A stretch of DNA of 64,000 nt, taken from Auanema rhodensis. Its lineage: Eukaryota; Animalia; Nematoda. Shown here piece by piece: positions 1 through 15,000 of the stretch (position 1 is its first letter; every line of letters begins with the position of its first letter). Below the pieces are notes generated by a model that did not search any database, was not told the DNA's origin, and saw only the letters and a list, made by a program, of their open reading frames with translations. The stretch covers positions 3,410,001 through 3,474,000 of the forward strand of contig OZ059900.1 of the NCBI GenBank assembly GCA_964057225.1, given 5' to 3'. The translations under genes and the position numbers were made by a program.

Positions 1-3000
1 CTCAAAACTCGGAAATTTCAAAAATTCTTTCTATTTTCGATCTTTTTTGATCAAAATGAATAAATATCAGTGCAAACTTGTAAAAATAGACTTATTTCGT
101 GTATTATGTGTTTGATTCTCGAATCTTAACGAATATGATCAAAATTTACAAGTATTACAGATTTTGTACCAAAAATCGGTGAGTATATGGTGTTAAAGGC
201 ATAAAAACGACCATACTTAGTGTAGTATTGCTATTTGAGCGAAAATCAGTATTTAAACATCACTAGCGTTTAATTGATGATTTTTGTTGTCATAGACAAT
301 AAAACTATGCTTCTGATCATATATATGAGCGATTTAGCCAAATTAGACTCAAAACTCGGAAATTTCAAAAATTCTTTCTATTTTCGACCTTTTTTGATCA
401 AAATGAATATATATCAGTGCAAGCTCATAAAAATAGACTGATTTTGTGTATTGTATGTTTGATTCTCAAATCTTAACGAATATGATCAAAATTTACAAGT
501 ATTACAGATTTTGTACCAAAAATCGGTGAGTATATGGTGTTAAAGGCATAAAAACGACCATACTTAGTGTAGTAATGCTACTTGAGCGAAAATCAGTATT
601 TAAACATCACTAGCGTTTAATTGATGATTTTTGTTGTCATAGACAATGAAACTATGCTTCTGATCATATATATGAGCGATTTAGCCAAATTAGACTCAAA
701 ACTCGGAAAATTCAAAAATTCTTTCTATTTTCGATCTTTTTTGATCAAAATGAATATATATCAGTGCAAGCTCATAAAAATAGACTGATTTTGTGTATTG
801 TATGTTTGATTCTCAAATCTTAACGAATATGATCAAAATTTACGAGTATTACAGATTTTGTACCAAAAATCGGTGAGTATATGGTGTTAAAGGCATAAAA
901 ACGACCATACATAGTGTAGTAATGCTATTTGAGCGAAATTCAGTATTTAAACATCACTAGCGTTTAATTGATGACTTTTGTTGTTATAGACAATAAAACT
1001 ATGTTTTTGATCATATATATGAGCGATTTAGCCAAATTAGACTCAAAACTCGGAAATTTCAAAAATTCTTTCTATTTTCGAACTTTTTTTGATCAAAATG
1101 AATAAATATCAGTGCAAAATCATAAAAATAGACTTATTTCGTGTATTATGTGTTTGATTCTCGAATCTTAACGAATATGATCATAATTTACAAGTATTAC
1201 AGATTTTGTACCAAAAATCGGTGAGTATATGGTGTTAGAGGCATAAAAACGACCATACTTAGTGTAGTAATGCTATTTGAGTGAAATTCAGTGATTTAAA
1301 CATTATTAGTGTATATTTGAAGACTTTTGTTATCATAGACAATAAAACTATGCTTTTGATCATATATATGAGCGATTTAGCCAAATTAGACTCAAAACTC
1401 GGAAATTTCAAAAATTCTTTCTATTTTCGACCTTTTTTGATCAAAATGAATAAATATCAGTGCAAACTCGTAAAAATAAACTTATTTCGTGTATTGTGTG
1501 TTTGATTCTCGAATCTCACCGAATATGATCAAAATTTACGAGTATTACAGATTTTGTACCAAAAATCGGTGAGTATATGGTGTTAAAGGCATAAAAACGA
1601 CCATACTTAGTGTAGTAATGCTATTTGAGCGAAAATCAGTATTTAAACATCACTAGCGTTTAATTGATGACTTTTGTTGTTATAGACAATAAAACTATGC
1701 TTCTGATCATATATATGAGCGATTTAGCCCAATTCGACTCAAAACTCGGAAAATTCAAAAATTCTTTCTATTTTCGACCTTTTTTGATGAAAATGAATAT
1801 ATATCAGTGTAAACTCATAAAAATAGACTGATTTTGTGTATTGTGTGTTTGATTCTCAAATCTTAACAAATATGATCAAATTTTACGAGTATTACAGATT
1901 TTGTACCAAAAATCGGTGAGTATATGGTGTTAAAGGCATAAAAACGACCATACTTAGTGTAGTAATGCTATTTGAGCGAAAATCAGTATTTAAACATCAC
2001 TAGCGTTTAATTGATGATTTTTGTTGTCATAGACAATAAAACTATGCTTCTGATCATATATATGAGCGATTTAGCCAAATTAGACTCAAAACTCGGAAAT
2101 TTCAAAAATTCTTTCTATTTTCGACCTTTTTTGATCAAAATGAATATATATCAGTGCAAGCTCATAAAAATAGACTGATTTTGTGTATTGTATGTATGAT
2201 TCTCAAATCTTAACGAATATGATCAAAATTTACAAGTATTACAGATTTTGTACCAAAAATCGGTGAGTATATGGTGTTAAAGGCATAAAAACGACCATAC
2301 TTAGTGTAGTAATGCTATTTGAGCGAAAATCAGTATTTAAACATCACTAGCGTTTAATTAATGACTTTTGTTGTTATAGACAATAAAACTATGTTTTTGA
2401 TCATATATATGAGCGATTTAGCCCAATTGGACTCAAAACTCGGAAAATTCAAAAATTCTTTCTATTTTCGACCTTTTTTGATCAAAATGAATAAATATCA
2501 GTGCAAACTCATAAAAATAGACTTATTTCGTGTATTATGTGTTTGATTCTCGAATCTTAACGAATATGATCAAAATTTACAAGTATTACAGATTTTGTAC
2601 CAAAAATCGGTGAGTATATGGTGTTAGAGGCATAAAAACGACCATACTTAGTGTAGTAATGCTATTTGAGTGAAATTCAGTGATTTAAACATTATTAGTG
2701 TATATTTGAAGACTTTTGTTATCATAGACAATAAAACTATGCTTCTGATCATATATATGAGCGGTTTAGCCCAATTGGGCTCAAAACTCGGAAATTTCAA
2801 AAATTCTTTCTATTTTCGACCTTTTTTGATCAAAATGAATAAATATCAGTGCAAACTCATAAAAATAGACTTATTTTGTGTATTATGTGTTTGATTCTCG
2901 AATCTTAACGAATATGATCAAAATTTACAAGTATTACAGATTTTGTACCAAAAATCGGTGAGTATATGGTGTTAAAGGCATAAAAACGACCATACTTAGT

Positions 3001-6000
3001 GTAGTAATGCTATTTGAGTGAAATTCAGTGATTTAAACATTATTAGTGTATATTTGAAGACTTTTGTTATCATAGACAATAAAACTATGCTTTTGATCAT
3101 ATATATGAGCGATTTAGCCAAATTGGACTAAAAACTCGGAAATTTCAAAAATTCTTTCTATTTTCGATCTTTTTTGATCAAAATGAATAAATATCAGTGC
3201 AAACTTGTAAAAATAGACTTATTTCGTGTATTATGTGTTTGATTCTCGAATCTTAACGAATATGATCAAAATTTACAAGTATTACAGATTTTGTACCAAA
3301 AATCGGTGAGTATATGGTGTTAAAGGCATAAAAACGACCATACTTAGTGTAGTATTGCTATTTGAGCGAAAATCAGTATTTAAACATCACTAGCGTTTAA
3401 TTGATGATTTTTGTTGTCATAGACAATAAAACTATGCTTCTGATCATATATATGAGCGATTTAGCCAAATTAGACTCAAAACTCGGAAATTTCAAAAATT
3501 CTTTCTATTTTCGACCTTTTTTGATCAAAATGAATATATATCAGTGCAAGCTCATAAAAATAGACTGATTTTGTGTATTGTATGTTTGATTCTCAAATCT
3601 TAACGAATATGATCAAAATTTACAAGTATTACAGATTTTGTACCAAAAATCGGTGAGTATATGGTGTTAAAGGCATAAAAACGACCATACTTAGTGTAGT
3701 AATGCTACTTGAGCGAAAATCAGTATTTAAACATCACTAGCGTTTAATTGATGATTTTTGTTGTCATAGACAATGAAACTATGCTTCTGATCATATATAT
3801 GAGCGATTTAGCCAAATTAGACTCAAAACTCGGAAAATTCAAAAATTCTTTCTATTTTCGATCTTTTTTGATCAAAATGAATATATATCAGTGCAAGCTC
3901 ATAAAAATAGACTGATTTTGTGTATTGTATGTTTGATTCTCAAATCTTAACGAATATGATCAAAATTTACGAGTATTACAGATTTTGTACCAAAAATCGG
4001 TGAGTATATGGTGTTAAAGGCATAAAAACGACCATACATAGTGTAGTAATGCTATTTGAGCGAAATTCAGTATTTAAACATCACTAGCGTTTAATTGATG
4101 ACTTTTGTTGTTATAGACAATAAAACTATGTTTTTGATCATATATATGAGCGATTTAGCCAAATTAGACTCAAAACTCGGAAATTTCAAAAATTCTTTCT
4201 ATTTTCGAACTTTTTTTGATCAAAATGAATAAATATCAGTGCAAAATCATAAAAATAGACTTATTTCGTGTATTATGTGTTTGATTCTCGAATCTTAACG
4301 AATATGATCAAAATTTACAAGTATTACAGATTTTGTACCAAAAATCGGTGAGTATATGGTGTTAGAGGCATAAAAACGACCATACTTAGTGTAGTAATGC
4401 TATTTGAGTGAAATTCAGTGATTTAAACATTATTAGTGTATATTTGAAGACTTTTGTTATCATAGACAATAAAACTATGCTTTTGATCATATATATGAGC
4501 GATTTAGCCAAATTAGACTCAAAACTCGGAAATTTCAAAAATTCTTTCTATTTTCGACCTTTTTTGATCAAAATGAATAAATATCAGTGCAAACTCGTAA
4601 AAATAAACTTATTTCGTGTATTGTGTGTTTGATTCTCGAATCTCACCGAATATGATCAAAATTTACGAGTATTACAGATTTTGTACCAAAAATCGGTGAG
4701 TATATGGTGTTAAAGGCATAAAAACGACCATACTTAGTGTAGTAATGCTATTTGAGCGAAAATCAGTATTTAAACATCACTAGCGTTTAATTGATGACTT
4801 TTGTTGTTATAGACAATAAAACTATGCTTCTGATCATATATATGAGCGATTTAGCCCAATTCGACTCAAAACTCGGAAAATTCAAAAATTCTTTCTATTT
4901 TCGACCTTTTTTGATGAAAATGAATATATATCAGTGTAAACTCATAAAAATAGACTGATTTTGTGTATTGTGTGTTTGATTCTCAAATCTTAACAAATAT
5001 GATCAAATTTTACGAGTATTACAGATTTTGTACCAAAAATCGGTGAGTATATGGTGTTAAAGGCATAAAAACGACCATACTTAGTGTAGTAATGCTATTT
5101 GAGCGAAAATCAGTATTTAAACATCACTAGCGTTTAATTGATGATTTTTGTTGTCATAGACAATAAAACTATGCTTTTGATCATATATATGAGCGATTTA
5201 GCCCAATTGGACTCAAAACTCGGAAAATTCAAAAATTCTTTCTATTTTCGACCTTTTTTGATCAAAATAAATAAATATCAGTGCAAACTCATAAAAATAG
5301 ACTTATTTCGTGTATTATGTGTTTGATTCTCGAATCTTAACGAATATGATCAAAATTTACAAGTATTACAGATTTTGTACCAAAAATCGGTGAGTATATG
5401 GTGTTAAAGGCATAAAAACGACCATACTTAGTGTAGTAATGCTATTTGAGCGAAAATCAGTATTTAAACATCACTAGCGTTTAATTAATGACTTTTGTTG
5501 TTATAGACAATAAAACTATGTTTTTGATCATATATATGAGCGATTTAGCCCAATTGGACTCAAAACTCGGAAAATTCAAAAATTCTTTCTATTTTCGACC
5601 TTTTTTGATCAAAATGAATAAATATCAGTGCAAACTCATAAAAATAGACTTATTTCGTGTATTATGTGTTTGATTCTCGAATCTTAACGAATATGATCAA
5701 AATTTACAAGTATTACAGATTTTGTACCAAAAATCGGTGAGTATATGGTGTTAGAGGCATAAAAACGACCATACTTAGTGTAGTAATGCTATTTGAGTGA
5801 AATTCAGTGATTTAAACATTATTAGTGTATATTTGAAGACTTTTGTTATCATAGACAATAAAACTATGCTTCTGATCATATATATGAGCGGTTTAGCCCA
5901 ATTGGGCTCAAAACTCGGAAATTTCAAAAATTCTTTCTATTTTCGACCTTTTTTGATCAAAATGAATAAATATCAGTGCAAACTCATAAAAATAGACTTA

Positions 6001-6020
6001 TTTTGTGTATTATGTGTTCG
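1..6020. repeat. higher-order repeat, 9-monomer period (3127 bp); boundaries approximate
   Basis: Variant monomers recur at +3127: 1281/4408, 2361/5488, 2670/5797. Confidence 0.85.
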
Positions 6021-9000
6021 TTTCTCGAATCTTAACGAATATGATCAAAATTTACAAGTATTACAGATTTTGTACCAAAAATCGGTGAGTATATGGTGTT
6101 AAAGGCATAAAAACGACCATACTTAGTGTAGTAATGCTACTTGAGCAAAAATCAGTATTTAAATATCACTAGCGTTTAATTGATGACTTTTGTTGTTATA
6201 GACAGTAAAACTATGCTTTTGATCATATATATGAGCGATTTAGCCCAATTGGACTCAAAACTCGGAAAATTCAAAAATTCTTTCTATTTTCGACCTTTTT
6301 TGATCAAAATAAATAAATATCAGTGCAAACTCATAAAAATAGACTTATTTCGTGTATTATGTGTTTGATTCTCGAATCTTAACAAATATGATCAAAATTT
6401 ACAAGTATTACAGATTTTGTACCAAAAATCGGTGAGTATATGGTGTTAAAGGCATAAAAACGACCATACTTAGTGTAGTAATGCTACTTGAGCAAAAATC
6501 AGTATTTAAATATCACTAGCGTTTAATTGATGACTTTTGTTGTTATAGACAATAAAACTATGTTTTTGATCATATATATGAGCGATTTAGCCCAATTGGA
6601 CTCAAAACTCGGAAAATTCAAAAATTCTTTCTATTTTCGACCTTTTTTGATCAAAATAAATAAATATCAGTGCAAACTCATAAAAATAGACTTATTTCGT
6701 GTATTATGTGTTTGATTCTCGAATCTTAACAAATATGATCAAAATTTACGAGTATTACAGATTTTGTACCAAAAATCGGTGAGTATATGGTGTTAAAGGC
6801 ATAAAAACGACCATACTTAGTGTAGTAATGCTACTTGAGCAAAAATCAGTATTTAAATATCACTAGCGTTTAATTGATGACTTTTGTTGTTATAGACAAT
6901 AAAACTATGTTTTTGATCATATATATGAGCGATTTAGCCCAATTGGACTCAAAACTCGGAAAATTCAAAAATTCTTTCTATTTTCGACCTTTTTTGATCA
7001 AAATGAATATATATCAGTGCAAACTCATAAAAATAGACTGATTTTGTTTATTGTGTGTTTGATTTTTGAATCTTAACAAATATGATCAAAATTTACGAGT
7101 ATTACAGATTTTGTACCAAAAATCGGTGAGTATATGGTGTTAAAGGCATAAAAACGACCATACTTAGTGTAGTAATGCTATTTGAGCGAAAATCAGTATT
7201 TAAACATCACTAGCGTTTAATTGATGACTTTTGTTGTTATAGACAATAAAACTATGTTTTTGATCATATATATGAGCGATTTAGCCCAATTGGACTCAAA
7301 ACTCGGAAAATTCAAAAATTCTTTCTATTTTCGACCTTTTTTGATCAAAATGAATATATATCAGTGCAAACTCATAAAAATAGACTGATTTTGTTTATTG
7401 TGTGTTTGATTTTTGAATCTTAACAAATATGATCAAAATTTACAAGTATTACAGATTTTGTACCAAAAATCGGTGAGTATATGGTGTTAAAGGCATAAAA
7501 ACGACCATACTTAGTGTAGTAATGCTATTTGAGCGAAAATCAGTATTTAAACATCACTAGCGTTTAATTGATGACTTTTGTTGTTATAGACAATAAAACT
7601 ATGTTTTTGATCATATATATGAGCGATTTAGCCCAATTGGACTCAAAACTCGGAAATTTCAAAAATTCTTTCTATTTTCGACCTTTTTTGATCAAAATGA
7701 ATAAATATCAGTGCAAACTCATAAAAATAGACTTATTTCGTGTATTATGTGTTTGATTCTCGAATCTTAACGAATATGATCAAAATTTACAAGTATTACA
7801 GATTTTGTACCAAAAATCGGTGAGTATATGGTGTTAGAGGCATAAAAACGACCATACTTAGTGTAGTAATGCTATTTGAGTGAAATTCAGTGATTTAAAC
7901 ATTATTAGTGTATATTCGAAGACTTTTGTTATCATAGACAATAAAACTATGCTTTTGATCATATATATGAGCGATTTAGCCAAATTAGACTCAAAACTCG
8001 GAAATTTCAAAAATTCTTTCTATTTTCGACCTTTTTTGATCAAAATGAATAAATATCAGTGCAAACTCGTAAAAATTGACTTATTTCGTGTATTATGTGT
8101 TTGATTCTCGAATCTCACCGAATATGATCAAAATTTACGAGTATCACAGATTTTGTACCAAAAATCGGTGAGTATATGGTGTTAAAGGCATAAAAACGAC
8201 CATACTTAGTGTAGCAATGCTATTTGAGCGAAAATCAGTATTTAAACATTACTAGCGTTTAATTGATGACTTTTGTTGTCATAGACAATAAAACTATGCT
8301 TCTGATCATATATATGAGCGATTTAGCCAAATTAGACTCAAAACTCGGAAATTTCAAAAATTCTTTCTATTTTCGACCTTTTTTGATCAAAATAAAGATA
8401 TATCAGTGCAAGCTCATAAAAATAGACTGATTTTGTTTATTGTGTGTTTGATTTTTGAATCTTAACAAATATGATCAAAATTTACGAGTATTACAGATTT
8501 TGTACCAAAAATCGGTGAGTATATGGTGTTAAAGGCATAAAAACGACCATACTTAGTGTAGTAATGCTATTTGAGCGAAAATCAGTATTTAAACATCACT
8601 AGCGTTTAATTGATGACTTTTGTTGTCATAGACAATAAAACTATGCTTCTGATCATATATATGAGCGATTTAGCCAAATTAGACTCAAAACTCGGAAATT
8701 TCAAAAATTCTTTCTATTTTCGACCTTTTTTGATCAAAATGAATATATATCAGTGCAAGCTCATAAAAATAGACTGATTTTGTGTATTGTATGTTTGATT
8801 CTCAAATCTTAACGAATATGATCAAAATTTACGAGTATTACAGATTTTGTACCAAAAATCGGTGAGTATATGGTGTTAAAGGCATAAAAACGACCATACA
8901 TAGTGTAGTAATGCTATTTGAGCGAAATTCAGTATTTAAACATCACTAGCGTTTAATTGATGACTTTTGTTGTTATAGACATTAAAACTATGTTTTTGAT

Positions 9001-12000
9001 CATATATATGAGCGATTTAGCCAAATTGGACTCAAAACTCGGAAATTTCAAAAATTATTTCTATTTTCGACCTTTTTTGATCAAAATGAATAAATATCAG
9101 TGCAAACTTGTAAAAATAGACTTATTTTGTGTATTATGTGTTTGATTCTCGAATCTTAACAAATATGATCAAAATTTACAAGTATTACAGATTTTGTACC
9201 AAAAATCGGTGAGTATATGGTGTTAAAGGCATAAAAACGACCATACTTAGTGTAGTAATGCTATTTGAGTGAAATTCAGTGATTTAATCATTATTAGTGT
9301 ATATTCGAAGACTTTTGTTATCATAGACAGTAAAACTATGCTTTTGATCATATATATGAGCGATTTAGCCCAATTCGACTCAAAACTCGGAAAATTCAAA
9401 AATTCTTTCTATTTTCGACCTTTTTTGATGAAAATGAATATATATCAGTGTAAACTCATAAAAATAGACTGATTTTGTGTATTGTGTGTTTGATTCTCAA
9501 ATCTTAACAAATATGATCAAACTTTACGAGTATTACAGATTTTGTACCAAAAATCGGTGAGTATATGGTGTTAAAGGCATAAAAACGACCATACATAGTG
9601 TAGTAATGCTATTTGAGCGAAATTCAGTATTTAAACATCACTAGCGTTTAATTGATGATTTTTGTTGTCATAGACAATAAAACTATGTTTTTGATCATAT
9701 ATATGAGCGATTTAGCCCAATTGGACTCAAAACTCGGAAAATTCAAAAATTCTTTCTATTTTCGACCTTTTTTGATCAAAATAAATAAATATCAGTGCAA
9801 GCTCATAAAAATAGACTGATTTTGTGTATTGTATGTTTGATTCTCAAATCTTAACGAATATGATCAAAATTTACGAGTATTACAGATTTTGTACCAAAAA
9901 TCGGTGAGTATATGGTGTTAAAGGCATAAAAACGACCATACATAGTGTAGTAATGCTATTTGAGCGAAATTCAGTATTTAAACATCACTAGCGTTTAATT
10001 GATGACTTTTGTTATCATAGACAATAAAACTATGCTTTTGATCATATATATGAGCGATTTAGCCAAATTAGACTCAAAACTCGGAAATTTCAAAAATTCT
10101 TTCTATTTTCGACCTTTTTTGATCAAAATGAATAAATATCAGTGCAAACTCGTAAAAATAAACTTATTTCGTGTATTGTGTGTTTGATTCTCGAATCTCA
10201 CCGAATATGATCAAAATTTACGAGTATTACAGATTTTGTACCAAAAATCGGTGAGTATATGGTGTTAAAGGCATAAAAACGACCATACTTAGTGTAGTAA
10301 TGCTATTTGAGCGAAAATCAGTATTTAAACATCACTAGCGTTTAATTGATGACTTTTGTTGTTATAGACAATAAAACTATGCTTCTGATCATATATATGA
10401 GCGATTTAGCCCAATTCGACTCAAAACTCGGAAAATTCAAAAATTCTTTCTATTTTCGACCTTTTTTGATGAAAATGAATATATATCAGTGTAAACTCAT
10501 AAAAATAGACTGATTTTGTGTATTGTGTGTTTGATTCTCAAATCTTAACAAATATGATCAAATTTTACGAGTATTACAGATTTTGTACCAAAAATCGGTG
10601 AGTATATGGTGTTAAAGGCATAAAAACGACCATACTTAGTGTAGTAATGCTATTTGAGCGAAAATCAGTATTTAAACATCACTAGCGTTTAATTGATGAT
10701 TTTTGTTGTCATAGACAATAAAACTATGCTTCTGATCATATATATGAGCGATTTAGCCAAATTAGACTCAAAACTCGGAAATTTCAAAAATTCTTTCTAT
10801 TTTCGACCTTTTTTGATCAAAATGAATATATATCAGTGCAAGCTCATAAAAATAGACTGATTTTGTGTATTGTATGTATGATTCTCAAATCTTAACGAAT
10901 ATGATCAAAATTTACAAGTATTACAGATTTTGTACCAAAAATCGGTGAGTATATGGTGTTAAAGGCATAAAAACGACCATACTTAGTGTAGTAATGCTAC
11001 TTGAGCGAAAATCAGTATTTAAATATCACTAGCGTTTAATTGATGACTTTTGTTGTTATAGACAGTAAAACTATGCTTTTGATCATATATATGAGCGATT
11101 TAGCCCAATTGGACTCAAAACTCGGAAAATTCAAAAATTCTTTCTATTTTCGACCTTTTTTGATCAAAATAAATAAATATCAGTGCAAACTCATAAAAAT
11201 AGACTTATTTCGTGTATTATGTGTTTGATTCTCGAAACTTAACGAATATGATCAAAATTTACAAGTATTACAGATTTTGTACCAAAAATCGGTGAGTATA
11301 TGGTGTTAAAGGCATAAAAACGACCATACTTAGTGTAGTAATGCTATTTGAGCGAAAATCAGTATTTAAACATCACTAGCGTTTAATTAATGACTTTTGT
11401 TGTTATAGACAATAAAACTATGTTTTTGATCATATATATGAGCGATTTAGCCCAATTGGACTCAAAACTCGGAAAATTCAAAAATTCTTTCTATTTTCGA
11501 CCTTTTTTGATCAAAATGAATAAATATCAGTGCAAACTCATAAAAATAGACTTATTTCGTGTATTATGTGTTTGATTCTCGAATCTTAACGAATATGATC
11601 AAAATTTACAAGTATTACAGATTTTGTACCAAAAATCGGTGAGTATATGGTGTTAAAGGCATAAAAACGACCATACTTAGTGTAGTAATGCTATTTGAGT
11701 GAAATTCAGTGATTTAAACATTATTAGTGTATATTTGAAGACTTTTGTTATCATAGACAATAAAACTATGCTTTTGATCATATATATGAGCGATTTAGCC
11801 AAATTGGACTCAAAACTCGGAAATTTCAAAAATTCTTTCTATTTTCGATCTTTTTTGATCAAAATGAATAAATATCAGTGCAAACTTGTAAAAATAGACT
11901 TATTTCGTGTATTATGTGTTTGATTCTCGAATCTTAACGAATATGATCAAAATTTACAAGTATTACAGATTTTGTACCAAAAATCGGTGAGTATATGGTG

Positions 12001-15000
12001 TTAAAGGCATAAAAACGACCATACTTAGTGTAGTATTGCTATTTGAGCGAAAATCAGTATTTAAACATCACTAGCGTTTAATTGATGATTTTTGTTGTCA
12101 TAGACAATAAAACTATGCTTCTGATCATATATATGAGCGATTTAGCCAAATTAGACTCAAAACTCGGAAATTTCAAAAATTCTTTCTATTTTCGACCTTT
12201 TTTGATCAAAATGAATATATATCAGTGCAAGCTCATAAAAATAGACTGATTTTGTGTATTGTATGTTTGATTCTCAAATCTTAACGAATATGATCAAAAT
12301 TTACAAGTATTACAGATTTTGTACCAAAAATCGGTGAGTATATGGTGTTAAAGGCATAAAAACGACCATACTTAGTGTAGTAATGCTACTTGAGCGAAAA
12401 TCAGTATTTAAACATCACTAGCGTTTAATTGATGATTTTTGTTGTCATAGACAATGAAACTATGCTTCTGATCATATATATGAGCGATTTAGCCAAATTA
12501 GACTCAAAACTCGGAAAATTCAAAAATTCTTTCTATTTTCGATCTTTTTTGATCAAAATGAATATATATCAGTGCAAGCTCATAAAAATAGACTGATTTT
12601 GTGTATTGTATGTTTGATTCTCAAATCTTAACGAATATGATCAAAATTTACGAGTATTACAGATTTTGTACCAAAAATCGGTGAGTATATGGTGTTAAAG
12701 GCATAAAAACGACCATACATAGTGTAGTAATGCTATTTGAGCGAAATTCAGTATTTAAACATCACTAGCGTTTAATTGATGACTTTTGTTGTTATAGACA
12801 ATAAAACTATGTTTTTGATCATATATATGAGCGATTTAGCCAAATTAGACTCAAAACTCGGAAATTTCAAAAATTCTTTCTATTTTCGAACTTTTTTTGA
12901 TCAAAATGAATAAATATCAGTGCAAAATCATAAAAATAGACTTATTTCGTGTATTATGTGTTTGATTCTCGAATCTTAACGAATATGATCAAAATTTACA
13001 AGTATTACAGATTTTGTACCAAAAATCGGTGAGTATATGGTGTTAAAGGCATAAAAACGACCATACTTAGTGTAGTAATGCTATTTGAGTGAAATTCAGT
13101 GATTTAAACATTATTAGTGTATATTTGAAGACTTTTGTTATCATAGACAATAAAACTATGCTTTTGATCATATATATGAGCGATTTAGCCAAATTAGACT
13201 CAAAACTCGGAAATTTCAAAAATTCTTTCTATTTTCGACCTTTTTTGATCAAAATGAATAAATATCAGTGCAAACTCGTAAAAATAAACTTATTTCGTGT
13301 ATTGTGTGTTTGATTCTCGAATCTCACCGAATATGATCAAAATTTACGAGTATTACAGATTTTGTACCAAAAATCGGTGAGTATATGGTGTTAAAGGCAT
13401 AAAAACGACCATACTTAGTGTAGTAATGCTATTTGAGCGAAAATCAGTATTTAAACATCACTAGCGTTTAATTGATGACTTTTGTTGTTATAGACAATAA
13501 AACTATGCTTCTGATCATATATATGAGCGATTTAGCCCAATTCGACTCAAAACTCGGAAAATTCAAAAATTCTTTCTATTTTCGACCTTTTTTGATGAAA
13601 ATGAATATATATCAGTGTAAACTCATAAAAATAGACTGATTTTGTGTATTGTGTGTTTGATTCTCAAATCTTAACAAATATGATCAAATTTTACGAGTAT
13701 TACAGATTTTGTACCAAAAATCGGTGAGTATATGGTGTTAAAGGCATAAAAACGACCATACTTAGTGTAGTAATGCTATTTGAGCGAAAATCAGTATTTA
13801 AACATCACTAGCGTTTAATTGATGATTTTTGTTGTCATAGACAATAAAACTATGCTTTTGATCATGTATATGAGCGATTTAGCCCAATTGGACTCAAAAC
13901 TCGGAAAATTCAAAAATTCTTTCTATTTTCGACCTTTTTTGATCAAAATAAATAAATATCAGTGCAAACTCATAAAAATAGACTTATTTCGTGTATTATG
14001 TGTTTGATTCTCGAATCTTAACGAATATGATCAAAATTTACAAGTATTACAGATTTTGTACCAAAAATCGGTGAGTATATGGTGTTAAAGGCATAAAAAC
14101 GACCATACTTAGTGTAGTAATGCTATTTGAGCGAAAATCAGTATTTAAACATCACTAGCGTTTAATTAATGACTTTTGTTGTTATAGACAATAAAACTAT
14201 GTTTTTGATCATATATATGAGCGATTTAGCCCAATTGGACTCAAAACTCGGAAAATTCAAAAATTCTTTCTATTTTCGACCTTTTTTGATCAAAATGAAT
14301 AAATATCAGTGCAAACTCATAAAAATAGACTTATTTCGTGTATTATGTGTTTGATTCTCGAATCTTAACGAATATGATCAAAATTTACAAGTATTACAGA
14401 TTTTGTACCAAAAATCGGTGAGTATATGGTGTTAGAGGCATAAAAACGACCATACTTAGTGTAGTAATGCTATTTGAGTGAAATTCAGTGATTTAAACAT
14501 TATTAGTGTATATTTGAAGACTTTTGTTATCATAGACAATAAAACTATGCTTCTGATCATATATATGAGCGGTTTAGCCCAATTGGGCTCAAAACTCGGA
14601 AATTTCAAAAATTCTTTCTATTTTCGACCTTTTTTGATCAAAATGAATAAATATCAGTGCAAACTCATAAAAATAGACTTATTTTGTGTATTATGTGTTC
14701 GTTTCTCGAATCTTAACGAATATGATCAAAATTTACAAGTATTACAGATTTTGTACCAAAAATCGGTGAGTATATGGTGTTAAAGGCATAAAAACGACCA
14801 TACTTAGTGTAGTAATGCTACTTGAGCAAAAATCAGTATTTAAATATCACTAGCGTTTAATTGATGACTTTTGTTGTTATAGACAGTAAAACTATGCTTT
14901 TGATCATATATATGAGCGATTTAGCCCAATTGGACTCAAAACTCGGAAAATTCAAAAATTCTTTCTATTTTCGACCTTTTTTGATCAAAATAAATAAATA

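Noticed and set aside
13860-13875. GATCATGTATATGAG resembling the footprint
   Set aside because: Same length as the normal monomer: a single A>G substitution with no insertion.
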